Shown piece after piece: positions 26,281 to 35,659 of a stretch of DNA of 64,000 bases. The first letter of the stretch is position 1. Every line of letters begins with the position of its first letter. Source of the stretch: Peptococcia bacterium (GTDB lineage: Bacteria > Bacillota > Peptococcia > DRI-13 > DTU073); assembly GCA_050951565.1 (NCBI GenBank), contig JBMNJH010000008.1:11111-75110 (forward strand). Direction: 5' to 3'. The notes beneath the pieces are model-generated. The model was not told the DNA's origin and ran no database searches. It saw only the letters and a list, made by a program, of their open reading frames with translations. A program made the position numbers and the translations under genes.

Positions 26281-27548
26281 CCCTCCTTTTGCTCCGAAGG
26301 CGCTGTCCTCATCATCATGCCGGTCCGTCGCACATGAAATTCCGTTTCCACACTTACTTCAAACTGCGGGTATTTGCTCAACCAATCATATTCAATCCAA
26401 TCCTGCCAGGTCAAAAAATCAGTCCTGGTATTTTCTCCGAAGCCAAAAATGTCCGCACGAAATTCCTCCTGGGTTTTGCGAATTAAACGAGTCGCCTCCC
26501 GGGAAATGGTTCGGCTGACGTAATCCTCCAGTTGCCTTCTTAATCTTCCCTGCTCGTAATTTTCGCCGCTTTGAACCGAGAGAATTTCCCCTTCCAAAAA
26601 CAAACGGATCTTCATCTTTTGCTGCCTGAGATCAATTGTTACCTCCGGTTTACGCCCTTGGATTATTTCTGCCACGATAATATTACTGCCGGCTTCCTTC
26701 GGGTCAGGATCAGGAAAGGTAATGCTTCCCCGGACAAAATTTCCCGTAAGTAGCTGATAAAACCTGGTTTCTTTCCCGTTGAGATACCCTATCAATTTAT
26801 CCTCGCGAAATGCGGCCAATCCGATGATCTCAATCTCATTGCCCCCCTTCCGGGGAATCTCCCCGGGAAGATAAGCCAGTCCCTGTTCCACTTTCTCTTT
26901 GCTGTTTTGCTCTTGCTGTTTCAACTCGTCTTCCTTTTCTTTTTCCGGGCTCTTTTTTTCCATGCCGATTAAGGCCGCAATCGGCTGGCTCCCGGGGGAA
27001 TTCAACCCTTCATAAAAGCGATGAATATCGGCATGGGGAAGCAGTCCCGTCGTCCTGGAGGCCGCCATAAAAATATCGATTTGCCGCGAGGGATATCTTT
27101 CAAAAACAAGGGTTTTATTGGCCTGAATCAGCTCACTGGCCTTCCCTTGCGTAACCATTAAAAAGTTGGTCCGGCGCACTTCCCGGCTGCGCACCAAAGG
27201 ATTAATATACCGGTCTAAGCCTTCCCGGGCGATTTCTTCCGAAACAATGATCGCTTTATTATGGATGAAGGTCAGATGTTTGCTGATAAAACTGTCCGCC
27301 AGTTCTAACGCGGCAAAAAGGGAAGGCGCCTCCACCGAAATTACTTCACTGGCTTTTTCCGCATCTCCTCCTTCAATGGGCTGCGGGATGGCCAACTGGA
27401 AAGTAACATTAACGATATTCCGTTCTCCTTTGTCAATGCCCAGCAGGATGATATAGCCCAATTCGTCGGTTTCATGTGAGCTCCAGCAAGCCGTCAAAAA
27501 GACCAAAGCTGCCGCCAGCAGCATCAGAAAGACGATTTTTTGCTTCAT
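26277..27548 (-). CDS. Spore germination lipoprotein, Ger(x)C family
   Basis: Start moved to MKQKIVFLMLLAAALVFLTAC (lipobox) after AAAGGAGAG, giving an ATGA overlap with the upstream gene. Length and position match GerAC-type proteins. Confidence 0.8.
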   Translation of the reverse strand: MKQKIVFLMLLAAALVFLTACWSSHETDELGYIILLGIDKGERNIVNVTFQLAIPQPIEGGDAEKASEVISVEAPSLFAALELADSFISKHLTFIHNKAIIVSEEIAREGLDRYINPLVRSREVRRTNFLMVTQGKASELIQANKTLVFERYPSRQIDIFMAASRTTGLLPHADIHRFYEGLNSPGSQPIAALIGMEKKSPEKEKEDELKQQEQNSKEKVEQGLAYLPGEIPRKGGNEIEIIGLAAFREDKLIGYLNGKETRFYQLLTGNFVRGSITFPDPDPKEAGSNIIVAEIIQGRKPEVTIDLRQQKMKIRLFLEGEILSVQSGENYEQGRLRRQLEDYVSRTISREATRLIRKTQEEFRADIFGFGENTRTDFLTWQDWIEYDWLSKYPQFEVSVETEFHVRRTGMMMRTAPSEQKEG

Positions 27549-28642
27549 TTTGCTTTCTCTCCTTTCCCGCCTAAAAAAGCAATGGCGCACAGCAATAAGG
27601 GCAAGCCAAAAGTAATGGCCCCCCCATAGTACATACTGAACAGACTTTCCAGTTTTACTGTTTCAACTATATTCTGCGGAGTAAAAGCGATCGTAAAAAG
27701 CAGCAAAGAAAACAGTCCTAGCAACGGGCGGTAATAAGGAATTTTTAAGGTGTCTTTCAGGATCTGCAATGTTACGAACAAGCCGATGGCAATCCGCATA
27801 ATGGCGGTAAAAGCCGCAAAAATAACAAAGACCGCTTCGACCCGTTGGACGTAATGCCCCAAAAAAATACTTCGGTATAACTGGTAAATCGGCACAAAAG
27901 TTTCCGTGCTGGTAGGATAGGGCAGCACCATGAGATAAACTGTCACCATGCTCGTAAAAAGCAGAATGACAACCCCCATACTCCAAACGCCGATCTTTTT
28001 TATTTTCGCCCGGTCGCTGGAAGAAAAATAGGAGACCAGATAGGCCAGCGCGATCACTTCGCCAAAAGAAGATATTTCAAAAACGCTGCTTTTCAGAAAA
28101 GAACCGAACCCAAAACCCATTACCGGAAAAAGCATTCTAAAATCATAGTAGGGAAACAAAGCCGCCAGAGACATCACTAAGCCGATCCCGATATAAACCA
28201 GCGCAATATAACTGCTTCGCGCAAGGGCTTCAACCCCGTAATATAACGCATACCAGGCGCCAAACAGATAAAAAACCGCAATGGCGCTAAGCGGGGTTTC
28301 GGGAAGAAGACTCAAGATTACCGACTCGCTGAAAATCCTTAAAAGCAGCCCTGTGGTGACCAGAAAATAGCAAAACATAATTAAATTGACCGCTATCCCC
28401 AGACCGGGACCTAACAGTAATTCCGTTATCGCCGTCAGTGGTTTTCCGGGAAAACGCTCCAAAAGCCTCGCGATGATTAACCATAAACCAAGAGCCAACG
28501 CGCCGCTGGCGATAGGCAGAAGCCAACCGGCGGTGGCGCCATGTTCCGTGATCATCCGAGGATAACCGATAAACGCTTTCATCCCAATCAGGATAACCAG
28601 GACGGCCGTCATCTCGGAATAGCCGATCCGAATCTTGTTCAT
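27545..28642 (-). CDS. Spore germination permease, GerAB/GerKB type (APC-like transporter fold)
   Basis: 365 aa with about 10 TM helices, positioned between the GerA- and GerC-type genes. Confidence 0.8.
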   Translation of the reverse strand: MNKIRIGYSEMTAVLVILIGMKAFIGYPRMITEHGATAGWLLPIASGALALGLWLIIARLLERFPGKPLTAITELLLGPGLGIAVNLIMFCYFLVTTGLLLRIFSESVILSLLPETPLSAIAVFYLFGAWYALYYGVEALARSSYIALVYIGIGLVMSLAALFPYYDFRMLFPVMGFGFGSFLKSSVFEISSFGEVIALAYLVSYFSSSDRAKIKKIGVWSMGVVILLFTSMVTVYLMVLPYPTSTETFVPIYQLYRSIFLGHYVQRVEAVFVIFAAFTAIMRIAIGLFVTLQILKDTLKIPYYRPLLGLFSLLLFTIAFTPQNIVETVKLESLFSMYYGGAITFGLPLLLCAIAFLGGKGEKAK

Positions 28643-30555
28643 TGCTGTTTTCCTCCACGCGTATTCTTAATCCAACCACGACTGATCTTGGGTTGACGTA
28701 TTTCATCCAACGGGGTAAGATAGTCTACCCGCTTTTCCATGGACCAAACGGGCCCACGCAAGACCACATCCGGCTCCGTTTTCACGGGCGGCCCCACCGG
28801 AGCAAGGAAAGGAACCCCGAAGGATTTCATGCTGACCATCGTCACTAAGAACAAAAACAAACCTCCCGATATGCCAAAGAATCCGAAAAAGGCCGCCAGG
28901 ATCGTAAAAACAAAGCGGATAAACCGTAAACCAAAGGAAATGGAATAATTTGGTATAGCAAAGGAAGCCAGACCGGTGATGGCCACGACAATAATCAAAA
29001 TGGGGCTGATAATCCCGGCCTGGGCGGCGGCCTGCCCTAGAATCAGCGCCCCCACAATCCCGATGGTATTGCCGATAACTCCCGGCACCCTTACGCCCGC
29101 TTCCCGGATTAATTCAAAAGCGAATTCCATCACAAAAAGTTCAAAAATCGTCGGAAACGGTACGATCACGTGAGCTGCGGCAATGGCTAACAAGAGTTCC
29201 GTCGGAATCATTTCCTGATGGAAATTGACCACCGAAACATACAGGCCGGGCGTAAGAAGGGTAATAAAAAGGGCCAGCACCCTTAAGACCCGCAAAAAAT
29301 TCCCGTAGGGAACCCGTAAATAATAATCCTCCGGACTATGTAAAAGGGAAAACATCGTAACGGGAACAATCAAGGCCTGCGCACTTCCATCGACAATAAT
29401 CGCCACATGCCCTTCCACCAGAAAGGAGACTACCCGGTCCGGCCGCTCCGTGGTAAGTACCTGGGGCGCCAGTTTAAAAGGAGCGTCTTCGATAAATTGT
29501 TCCAAAATCCCGGCTACCCCGATGTAATCGGTCTTAATGGAAGCAATCCGGTGTTTGACTTCTTCCACCAGCTTCGGATTGGCCAAATCGTCGATATACA
29601 TGATGGCCACATCCACATTCGTCCGTGAGCCTATTTTTTGTATTTCCGTAATCAACTTTTCGTTACGGAGCGCTTTCCTGATCAGGCCGGTATTACTGCG
29701 CAAGGTTTCGTTAAAGGCTTCATGCGGCCCAAAGATGACCTCTTCCGTTTGCGGAATGCCGACACCCCGCCTGTCCCAGCCTTTGGTCTCGATCACCAGG
29801 CTTTTGTCGCACCCTTCGATAAATATAGCGGTGTTCCCATAATTAACCAGGTCTAAAATGCTCCGGTATTGATCCAAAAGTGCTACATCATGTCCGGGCA
29901 GTAAATGCTCCATAACATATTCGGCCAGGCGTCCGCGCTCCTCGACGATCTCGCCTTCATCAATCAAAACCATCAGGGACTTTAAAATGTCGTTGTTGAT
30001 GATATTTTTATCGGTCAAGCCGTCGATAAAAATCAAAAAAGCTTTTAACGGCGGCTTCGTGGCAATATAAAAATCACGAATGATGATGTCCTTGTTTTTG
30101 GAAAGGGCATAGATTTTGTTCAGATACTCCCGATTAGTTTCTAAATCCATGCTTACGTATAGGTCTTCCGGTTTACCGGACCTTTTTTCTTTTTGCTTGT
30201 GTAGAGGCAAAGGCTTCCTCGGCTTTTTCAGCTTGTTTTTGTCCTGGTCTGCGTCCCTTTCTTTATCCTCCTTTTCCCCGGCTGCGGCCTGGTTTTGCTC
30301 CTTGTCCTTGTCCCCGGCCTGGTCCTTCTCCTGCTCCCGGCCTTTGTCCTGGTCCGCGTCTTTTGCTTTGTCCAGAGCCTTTTCTTCCCCTTCGCCTTTT
30401 GCTTGGCCTTTTGCTTCACCTTTGTCTTCAGCCTTGCCTTCACCTTTGTCTTCAGTTTTGTCTTCATTGCCTGGTTCTAAAATGAATTTTTCCTGATAGC
30501 GCGCATTTTTAAAGTTGAATAATTTCTCCTCGAGCTTCTCCCAAAAGTTGGCCAT
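28639..30555 (-). CDS. Spore germination protein, GerAA/GerKA type, with long acidic/basic N-terminal extension
   Basis: 638 aa. The conserved GerA core starts near DLYVSMDLETNREYL, with C-terminal membrane helices. Residues about 29-128 are a K/E/D/G/A/Q low-complexity stretch. Confidence 0.85.
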   Translation of the reverse strand: MANFWEKLEEKLFNFKNARYQEKFILEPGNEDKTEDKGEGKAEDKGEAKGQAKGEGEEKALDKAKDADQDKGREQEKDQAGDKDKEQNQAAAGEKEDKERDADQDKNKLKKPRKPLPLHKQKEKRSGKPEDLYVSMDLETNREYLNKIYALSKNKDIIIRDFYIATKPPLKAFLIFIDGLTDKNIINNDILKSLMVLIDEGEIVEERGRLAEYVMEHLLPGHDVALLDQYRSILDLVNYGNTAIFIEGCDKSLVIETKGWDRRGVGIPQTEEVIFGPHEAFNETLRSNTGLIRKALRNEKLITEIQKIGSRTNVDVAIMYIDDLANPKLVEEVKHRIASIKTDYIGVAGILEQFIEDAPFKLAPQVLTTERPDRVVSFLVEGHVAIIVDGSAQALIVPVTMFSLLHSPEDYYLRVPYGNFLRVLRVLALFITLLTPGLYVSVVNFHQEMIPTELLLAIAAAHVIVPFPTIFELFVMEFAFELIREAGVRVPGVIGNTIGIVGALILGQAAAQAGIISPILIIVVAITGLASFAIPNYSISFGLRFIRFVFTILAAFFGFFGISGGLFLFLVTMVSMKSFGVPFLAPVGPPVKTEPDVVLRGPVWSMEKRVDYLTPLDEIRQPKISRGWIKNTRGGKQQ

Positions 30556-30680
30556 CTTCTTCTTCCTTTCCGGTTATTAATTTATTCTTTGAAAATACAA
30601 ATCAAAATATGCCCCGTCACCCTTTCCCGATATTCGCATAGAGTATTAAAGAGTAGCGAAAACGAAAGGAGAATTACTGA

Positions 30681-31079
30681 ATGATGAAAATGTATAACAG
30701 CGTGCGTCACCTGATCATGGAGCTGAATGAACTACTGATCGTCTATGGTTACATGATTCAAAACGCCCCGACGGAAGAAGCAAGAAGATTGTCGGAACTC
30801 AACAGGAGAACGGTTAAGGCTACGAAGGAACTCTTCGGAAATATGTTTAACGATACCTTCAACGAGAATCTCGCCGCCATGTCGGAGGTGGCGGAAGAAG
30901 TACCGGTCTTCGCGGAATTTCGGGCCGCCGCCCAATACGCCTTTATTGAAGAAAGCCAAATCATCCAAATGCTGAAAAACATCTACCTGAATGCGGATAA
31001 ATGCCATCATGATACGATTTTCGGTCAATTGATCGAACATATCGTCAACGCCATGCGCCTCCTCTACCTCTTAACTTAA
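30681..31079 (+). CDS. Hypothetical helical protein (132 aa)
   Basis: Good SD (AAAGGAGAA), its own strong terminator, and helical heptad-like composition. No family recognised. Confidence 0.55.
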   Translation: MMKMYNSVRHLIMELNELLIVYGYMIQNAPTEEARRLSELNRRTVKATKELFGNMFNDTFNENLAAMSEVAEEVPVFAEFRAAAQYAFIEESQIIQMLKNIYLNADKCHHDTIFGQLIEHIVNAMRLLYLLT

Positions 31080-31120
31080 CAGCCCCCACTTCATCTTTAG
31101 TAAATACCTTTTCGAAAAAG

Positions 31121-31153
31121 GCTGATTGAAAAACGTTTTCAATCAGCTTTTTT
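31121..31153 (+). terminator. Rho-independent terminator
   Basis: GCTGATTGAAAA-CG-TTTTCAATCAGC followed by TTTTTTG. Confidence 0.85.
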
Positions 31154-31284
31154 GCAAACAGCTATGTTGAGGGTCCGCAAAATTTAGGTTTGGGCAACTT
31201 TTTGAAGCAAGCACTTCTCTTAATTGTCCGTACATATCATAAAGAGAAAAAGAAAAAAGTGCGGAGCACAAAGGAGTTGGCGGT

Positions 31285-32097
31285 ATGCAGAATCCCTGGC
31301 AGGAAGTTATCAGAATTCCTTTGGGCCAAAGAGAGCCCAAACCAAGAACAAAAGGCATTACCATGGTGATTGATAAAGGCCTTGGTTTAAGAGAATTAAA
31401 AGATTTGCTGGAAGTGGCGGGAACCTACCTGGATTTTCTTAAACTGGGCTTCGGCACGTCGGTCCTTTATCAAGAAAGTCTTTTGAAAGCAAAAATAAGG
31501 CTCTGCCGGAAATACCAGGTGAAAGTATATCCCGGCGGAACCTTGACGGAAATCGCTTTACTGCAAAAGCGCTTTGAGCCATATCTGGAGGAAGCACGGA
31601 AATTAGGCTTTGAGGCCGTCGAGATTTCCGACGGCACCATTTTTTTAGACAAAGCAAGGCGGAAAGATTGTCTAAAACGAGCAGTAGAAGCAGGTTTTAC
31701 GGTGTTGACGGAAGTCGGAAAGAAAGACCCGCACCAGGCTCCTTCGCCCCGGGCTCTCGCCGAACAATGTGCGGAAGACCTGGCGAACGGTGCCTGGAAG
31801 GTCATTATGGAAGCCCGGGACAGCGGAAAAGGAATCGGCATTTACGATCCCCAGGGGAAACTGCAGCAAGAGGAACTGGAAAAGCTTTTAAAAGAATTGC
31901 CGGACCCGAACCAGATTATCTGGGAAGCGCCTTTGAAAAACCAGCAAGTAAAACTGATTCAACGCTTCGGTGCAAGAGTAAATCTTGGCAATATCCAGCC
32001 CCCGGAGCTCATTGCCCTGGAAGCCTTAAGAGGCGGCTTGCGCAACGATACCTTATGCTTAACCGAACAAATCAGCGCCGGAAGCCTTTGTTCGTAA
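31285..32097 (+). CDS. comA: Phosphosulfolactate synthase family protein (ComA/YitD-like)
   Basis: 270 aa. N-terminal REPKPRTKGITMVIDKGLG and LDFLKLGFGTS match the (2R)-phospho-3-sulfolactate synthase family pattern as I recall it. Confidence 0.7.
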   Translation: MQNPWQEVIRIPLGQREPKPRTKGITMVIDKGLGLRELKDLLEVAGTYLDFLKLGFGTSVLYQESLLKAKIRLCRKYQVKVYPGGTLTEIALLQKRFEPYLEEARKLGFEAVEISDGTIFLDKARRKDCLKRAVEAGFTVLTEVGKKDPHQAPSPRALAEQCAEDLANGAWKVIMEARDSGKGIGIYDPQGKLQQEELEKLLKELPDPNQIIWEAPLKNQQVKLIQRFGARVNLGNIQPPELIALEALRGGLRNDTLCLTEQISAGSLCS

Positions 32098-32131
32098 GCA
32101 GAAACTTTAAAAAGGGAGGGATTCAAAAGAC

Positions 32132-32911
32132 ATGATCAAAGAGCTGACCATCTTGCCAGGCAAAGATAAAAACGCCAACCGGGAAAACTTTGATCAAATC
32201 ACCATCCAGGCGGGAGAAACCATTTCAATTGTTGGGCCAACCGGAAGCGGAAAAACCGCTTTCATCACCGATATTGAGCTGTTAGCCCAGGGTGATACCG
32301 CTACCAAAAGGCGGATTTTAATCAACGGAAAAATCCCCCGGGAGGAAGTCCGCTACGACCCCGCACAAAAACCCATCGCCATGATTACCCAAAATACCAA
32401 GTGTTTCGCCGACCTGTCGGTGGAGGATTTTTTGAGCGTCCATGCGCGGGCCAGAAAAATCCGCAGTAAAAAAATCATTAATGATACCATCGAACTGGCC
32501 AACAAATTCACCGGCGAAAAAATCAAACCCCACTACAAAGTGACCGTCCTTTCCGGAGGGCAGACCAGGTCCCTTTTAATCGCCGATGCCCTCTTGATCG
32601 GCGCTGCCCCGATAATTCTCCTGGATGAAATCGAAAACGCCGGCATTTTCAAACAGGAGGTTATCGAAATTATCCAAAATACCTCTAAAATTATCATTTT
32701 TGTCACCCATGATCCGGTCATTGCCCTGCTCACGAAAAAACGCCTGATCATGGGTACCGGCGCGGTGAAGAAAATCCTCTGCCAGAACGAATCCGAAACC
32801 GGTGCCGCCCAAAACCTGTTAGAGCTCGACCGGAAAATGGGCGTAATCCGCGAGAACCTGCGGGCCGGGTTCGAAATTACCAATGAACTGCTGAACGTCA
32901 GTTTTGCCTAA
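32132..32911 (+). CDS. Stand-alone ABC-type ATPase (no cognate permease nearby)
   Basis: Walker A GPTGSGKT, signature-like LSGGQTRS, Walker B ILLDEIENAG, H-loop VTHD. Confidence 0.7.
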   Translation: MIKELTILPGKDKNANRENFDQITIQAGETISIVGPTGSGKTAFITDIELLAQGDTATKRRILINGKIPREEVRYDPAQKPIAMITQNTKCFADLSVEDFLSVHARARKIRSKKIINDTIELANKFTGEKIKPHYKVTVLSGGQTRSLLIADALLIGAAPIILLDEIENAGIFKQEVIEIIQNTSKIIIFVTHDPVIALLTKKRLIMGTGAVKKILCQNESETGAAQNLLELDRKMGVIRENLRAGFEITNELLNVSFA

Positions 32912-32951
32912 ACGCAGTTTTACCTAAATCATTGAAGGTGGTGTTGCTTCC

Positions 32952-33662
32952 TTGAAACTGGTGATTATTGCCGGCCCTCCCTCCGCAGGGAAAACCTCCC
33001 TGACCAAACAGATTGTGAAAGCCTTTCACCCGGACTTGAAAATCGCCTATTTGAAAATTGACGTGGTGAAAGCTTATGAAGATATTGAGCTGCAGAAAGA
33101 ATTCCAAGTTTTAACCAAAAAAATCTATTCCGGCGATCTGTGCCCCGATCATGCCGAAGTAATGGTCATGGGTGAAGCCATCCAATGGGCGGAAAACAAT
33201 CACGCCGACCTGTTTATCGTGGAAAGCGCGGGGCTTTGTCTCCGCTGTTCCCCTTACCTGAATCAGGGGCTGGGCATTGTGGTCCTAAGCTCCATTGCCG
33301 GAATCCACGCCCCGGAAAAAATGGGCGCCATGGTCGCCTTAGCCGATATCGCTGTAGTGACCAAAATCGACCTGGTGAGCCAGGCCGAACGAGAAGTCCT
33401 GATTCAAAAAATTAAGGATGTGCATCCGGGAATTATCCTGCTCGAAACCAATGCCCTGCAAGGCACTTCCCTCAACCGGCTTTATGAACTGATTAAAAAT
33501 TCACCCCCCATTGACCAAAAGACACTGATGCTAAAAGGTAACCCCCCACTGGGCACCTGCACCATCTGTGTGGGCAAAAAGGAGATTGGCTGGAAATATC
33601 ATTTCGGCATTGTTAAAAAACTGGACGGCCTCGCCGCCGAATATTTATACCGGGGGGAATAG
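32952..33662 (+). CDS. P-loop GTPase, G3E-like (HypB/UreG/CobW-like motif order)
   Basis: TTG start. GPPSAGKTS, VESAGLCLRCSP, VVTKIDLV motifs. Confidence 0.6.
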   Translation: MKLVIIAGPPSAGKTSLTKQIVKAFHPDLKIAYLKIDVVKAYEDIELQKEFQVLTKKIYSGDLCPDHAEVMVMGEAIQWAENNHADLFIVESAGLCLRCSPYLNQGLGIVVLSSIAGIHAPEKMGAMVALADIAVVTKIDLVSQAEREVLIQKIKDVHPGIILLETNALQGTSLNRLYELIKNSPPIDQKTLMLKGNPPLGTCTICVGKKEIGWKYHFGIVKKLDGLAAEYLYRGE

Positions 33663-33665
33663 CCA

Positions 33666-34364
33666 ATGAGTCCGGTTAAACACTGGCTGCCGCCGGGCAA
33701 AAACTGCGGCCTGTGCGGCGCCGAAAACTGCAAGCAGTTTCTGCGCCTGGTCCACGGCGGGAAGAAAAGCTACGTCGACTGCCCCTACTATCAAAAAAGG
33801 AAAAAACGCAACCGCCATGGAGAAGGGTTTAAGGAGGAAGGACTAAATGATGAAGGGTCGGTTCAGGAGGTGTTGGAAGCTCATTACCTCCCCTACGACA
33901 TTTTGGGCAACCCCTATGACTTTATCCTTAACCCCCTTCCCGGCGAAGTTTCCGCCCGCAAAATTATCCTTCCTTTTCGCGCCGATCTGGTGGAAAAAAT
34001 GGGTATTGCCGAAGGGGATTACGTCCTGGGCCGCCCCATGGGGGCAGGTTGTCCCATTCCCCACGTTTTGAAAGTAATCAAAGCCGAACCGGTGACCGGG
34101 CTGCTCTACACCTGGGTCGTCGGCCCCAGGTTTTCCCGGTCCCCCAGGCAGGAAATCAAGGATGTGGTCGCTTATCACATGATCGGTTTTGAAGGAATGG
34201 CCACGGCAGTGCGAAAAGAACCTGCTTTCGGCTGCCGCATGACCTTTCTGCCCGGTTTTTGCATGATGAACCTGAACCACACCGGGCTGGTCAACATGGT
34301 CCTGCAAAAGGCGGAAGGCTATCAGGTCCGGCTGGAGGATATCCGCATCCTGGCGGGAAAATAA
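33666..34364 (+). CDS. Protein with N-terminal RnfB/AcsC-type putative Fe-S cluster domain and uncharacterised C-terminal domain
   Basis: N-terminus LPPGKNCGLCGAENCKQF...DCPYY resembles the PF04060-type Cys motif. The remaining 170 aa are unassigned. Confidence 0.55.
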   Translation: MSPVKHWLPPGKNCGLCGAENCKQFLRLVHGGKKSYVDCPYYQKRKKRNRHGEGFKEEGLNDEGSVQEVLEAHYLPYDILGNPYDFILNPLPGEVSARKIILPFRADLVEKMGIAEGDYVLGRPMGAGCPIPHVLKVIKAEPVTGLLYTWVVGPRFSRSPRQEIKDVVAYHMIGFEGMATAVRKEPAFGCRMTFLPGFCMMNLNHTGLVNMVLQKAEGYQVRLEDIRILAGK

Positions 34365-35432
34365 TCATTGCTCTAACAAAGTCTTGAGCCCTGTTCCCTC
34401 CACGAACCAGCGCTCTTCACGGAGCAGGTCTTTAACCACGGCAAGCTGTCCTTTTTTATCCCGCCGGACAGTTCCGTCCGGATATTGCAGGGTCAGCGTT
34501 ATTTCATAAATTCTTCTGTTCGGATTATCCTGCGCCATCTGCTCAGTCGTGTTAATTTTGCCGGACGGATTATGCTTTTCCGGCTCCTTTTCCGTCCCCC
34601 TGGCCTCCCCGGTCGGTTTTACCGGGGTCAGCCTTTTTAGCGTGATGGAGGGCAAACGGTCCTGCCACACTTGGGTGGCCAGCCAAAGGTCCTCCCCAAA
34701 AGGGCAAACCAAGCCCAGGGAGGCCAAGGCCACATCCTTCTGGTTCAGGGCGATCAAAACCAGGTTGATTGTTTCCTCCGGTCCCGCTTCGAGAAAAGGC
34801 TTTTCCGGACATCCGGCCGCTTTCCACACCATCATCTGGTGCGCCGGATCAACCTTCCTGCTTTGGTGAACCCGGCTCCCGAGAAAATGAATACAAAAAT
34901 GACCCGGAAAGTCATTGTTTAGCTTGCCCGCACCATGGGGCATTCCATTGATCGAAGCCGCCAGCCGTTTTAAACCGATTTCTGCTACAACCGCCCGCCG
35001 CCGCCAACTCCAGCTTCCCCCGTATATTTCTTTCAATACCGTCGTATCGGCTTTGGTGACCGGCTGAATGTCCGCATGATACGTTCCGCCCCGGCGCTCC
35101 ACCTCCAATTGCTTGCCCGTCTCCAGGTCGGTCAGCAAGATCGTGGTGTATTTAGGGAAAATTTTATTCACTTGTTCCCAGGACAGCGGCTCCCCGTAAA
35201 GAACCTTCCCCTGATAGCGACGGGACTCTTTTCCCTTCTGCTCCTCCCTCGACCCTTTGTTCCCCCCTCCGGACAAGCCGACCCCTTCTTCCTTCCGGTT
35301 TCCGCCGTTTGCGGATAAACCGGCGCTATTTAGGGGCAAGCCCTTTTCCTCTGCCGGTAAATTAAGGTAATCCCCCATTCCTTGGCAGGTCAACACCAGT
35401 AAACCGATTAATAAAAGCAACCGCCAGCTCAT
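34365..35432 (-). CDS. Secreted hypothetical protein
   Basis: Start moved to MSWRLLLLIGLLVLTCQG after AGGAGGGGG. The conserved-looking block GMPHGAGKLNNDFPGHFCIHFLGSRVH is not assigned to a family. Confidence 0.55.
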   Translation of the reverse strand: MSWRLLLLIGLLVLTCQGMGDYLNLPAEEKGLPLNSAGLSANGGNRKEEGVGLSGGGNKGSREEQKGKESRRYQGKVLYGEPLSWEQVNKIFPKYTTILLTDLETGKQLEVERRGGTYHADIQPVTKADTTVLKEIYGGSWSWRRRAVVAEIGLKRLAASINGMPHGAGKLNNDFPGHFCIHFLGSRVHQSRKVDPAHQMMVWKAAGCPEKPFLEAGPEETINLVLIALNQKDVALASLGLVCPFGEDLWLATQVWQDRLPSITLKRLTPVKPTGEARGTEKEPEKHNPSGKINTTEQMAQDNPNRRIYEITLTLQYPDGTVRRDKKGQLAVVKDLLREERWFVEGTGLKTLLEQ

Positions 35433-35624
35433 TTCCCCCTCCTGTGTTCCTATCACCGCTACTCTCTGAAAACAATGCTTCCGCAGATTATGTCTTCTGC
35501 AGATTATGCTTCCTGAAAATGCTTCCTGAAAAAAAGATGCCTCTCCTCAAAAAATATGCTTCTCCTCCTTTCTTATGCCTTATGAAACTTGGGAGCATCC
35601 AACGACCTAAGTTTTTGTTCCCTC

Positions 35625-35653
35625 TTGACGAACGCGTGTTCGGGTGTTATACT
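35625..35653 (+). promoter_or_regulatory. dinB promoter (TTGACG-17-TATACT) overlapped by a Cheo-type LexA box CGAACGCGTGTTCG
   Basis: Read directly. The box at 35629..35642 has perfect CGAAC/GTTCG arms. The -10 element ends 6 nt before the ATG at 35660. Confidence 0.75.
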
Positions 35654-35659
35654 GGACCT

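Noticed and set aside
30556-30680. Possible forespore (sigma-G/sigma-F type) promoter upstream of the ger operon
   Set aside because: I could only force weak matches (GCATAT ... GAATAAA), which is not good enough to report as a feature.
35444-35659. 72-residue N-terminal extension of the dinB ORF as given in the track
   Set aside because: DinB homology starts at Met-73. The extension contains the -35/-10 elements, the LexA box and the repeat cluster, and has an odd Cys/Leu/Phe-rich composition.
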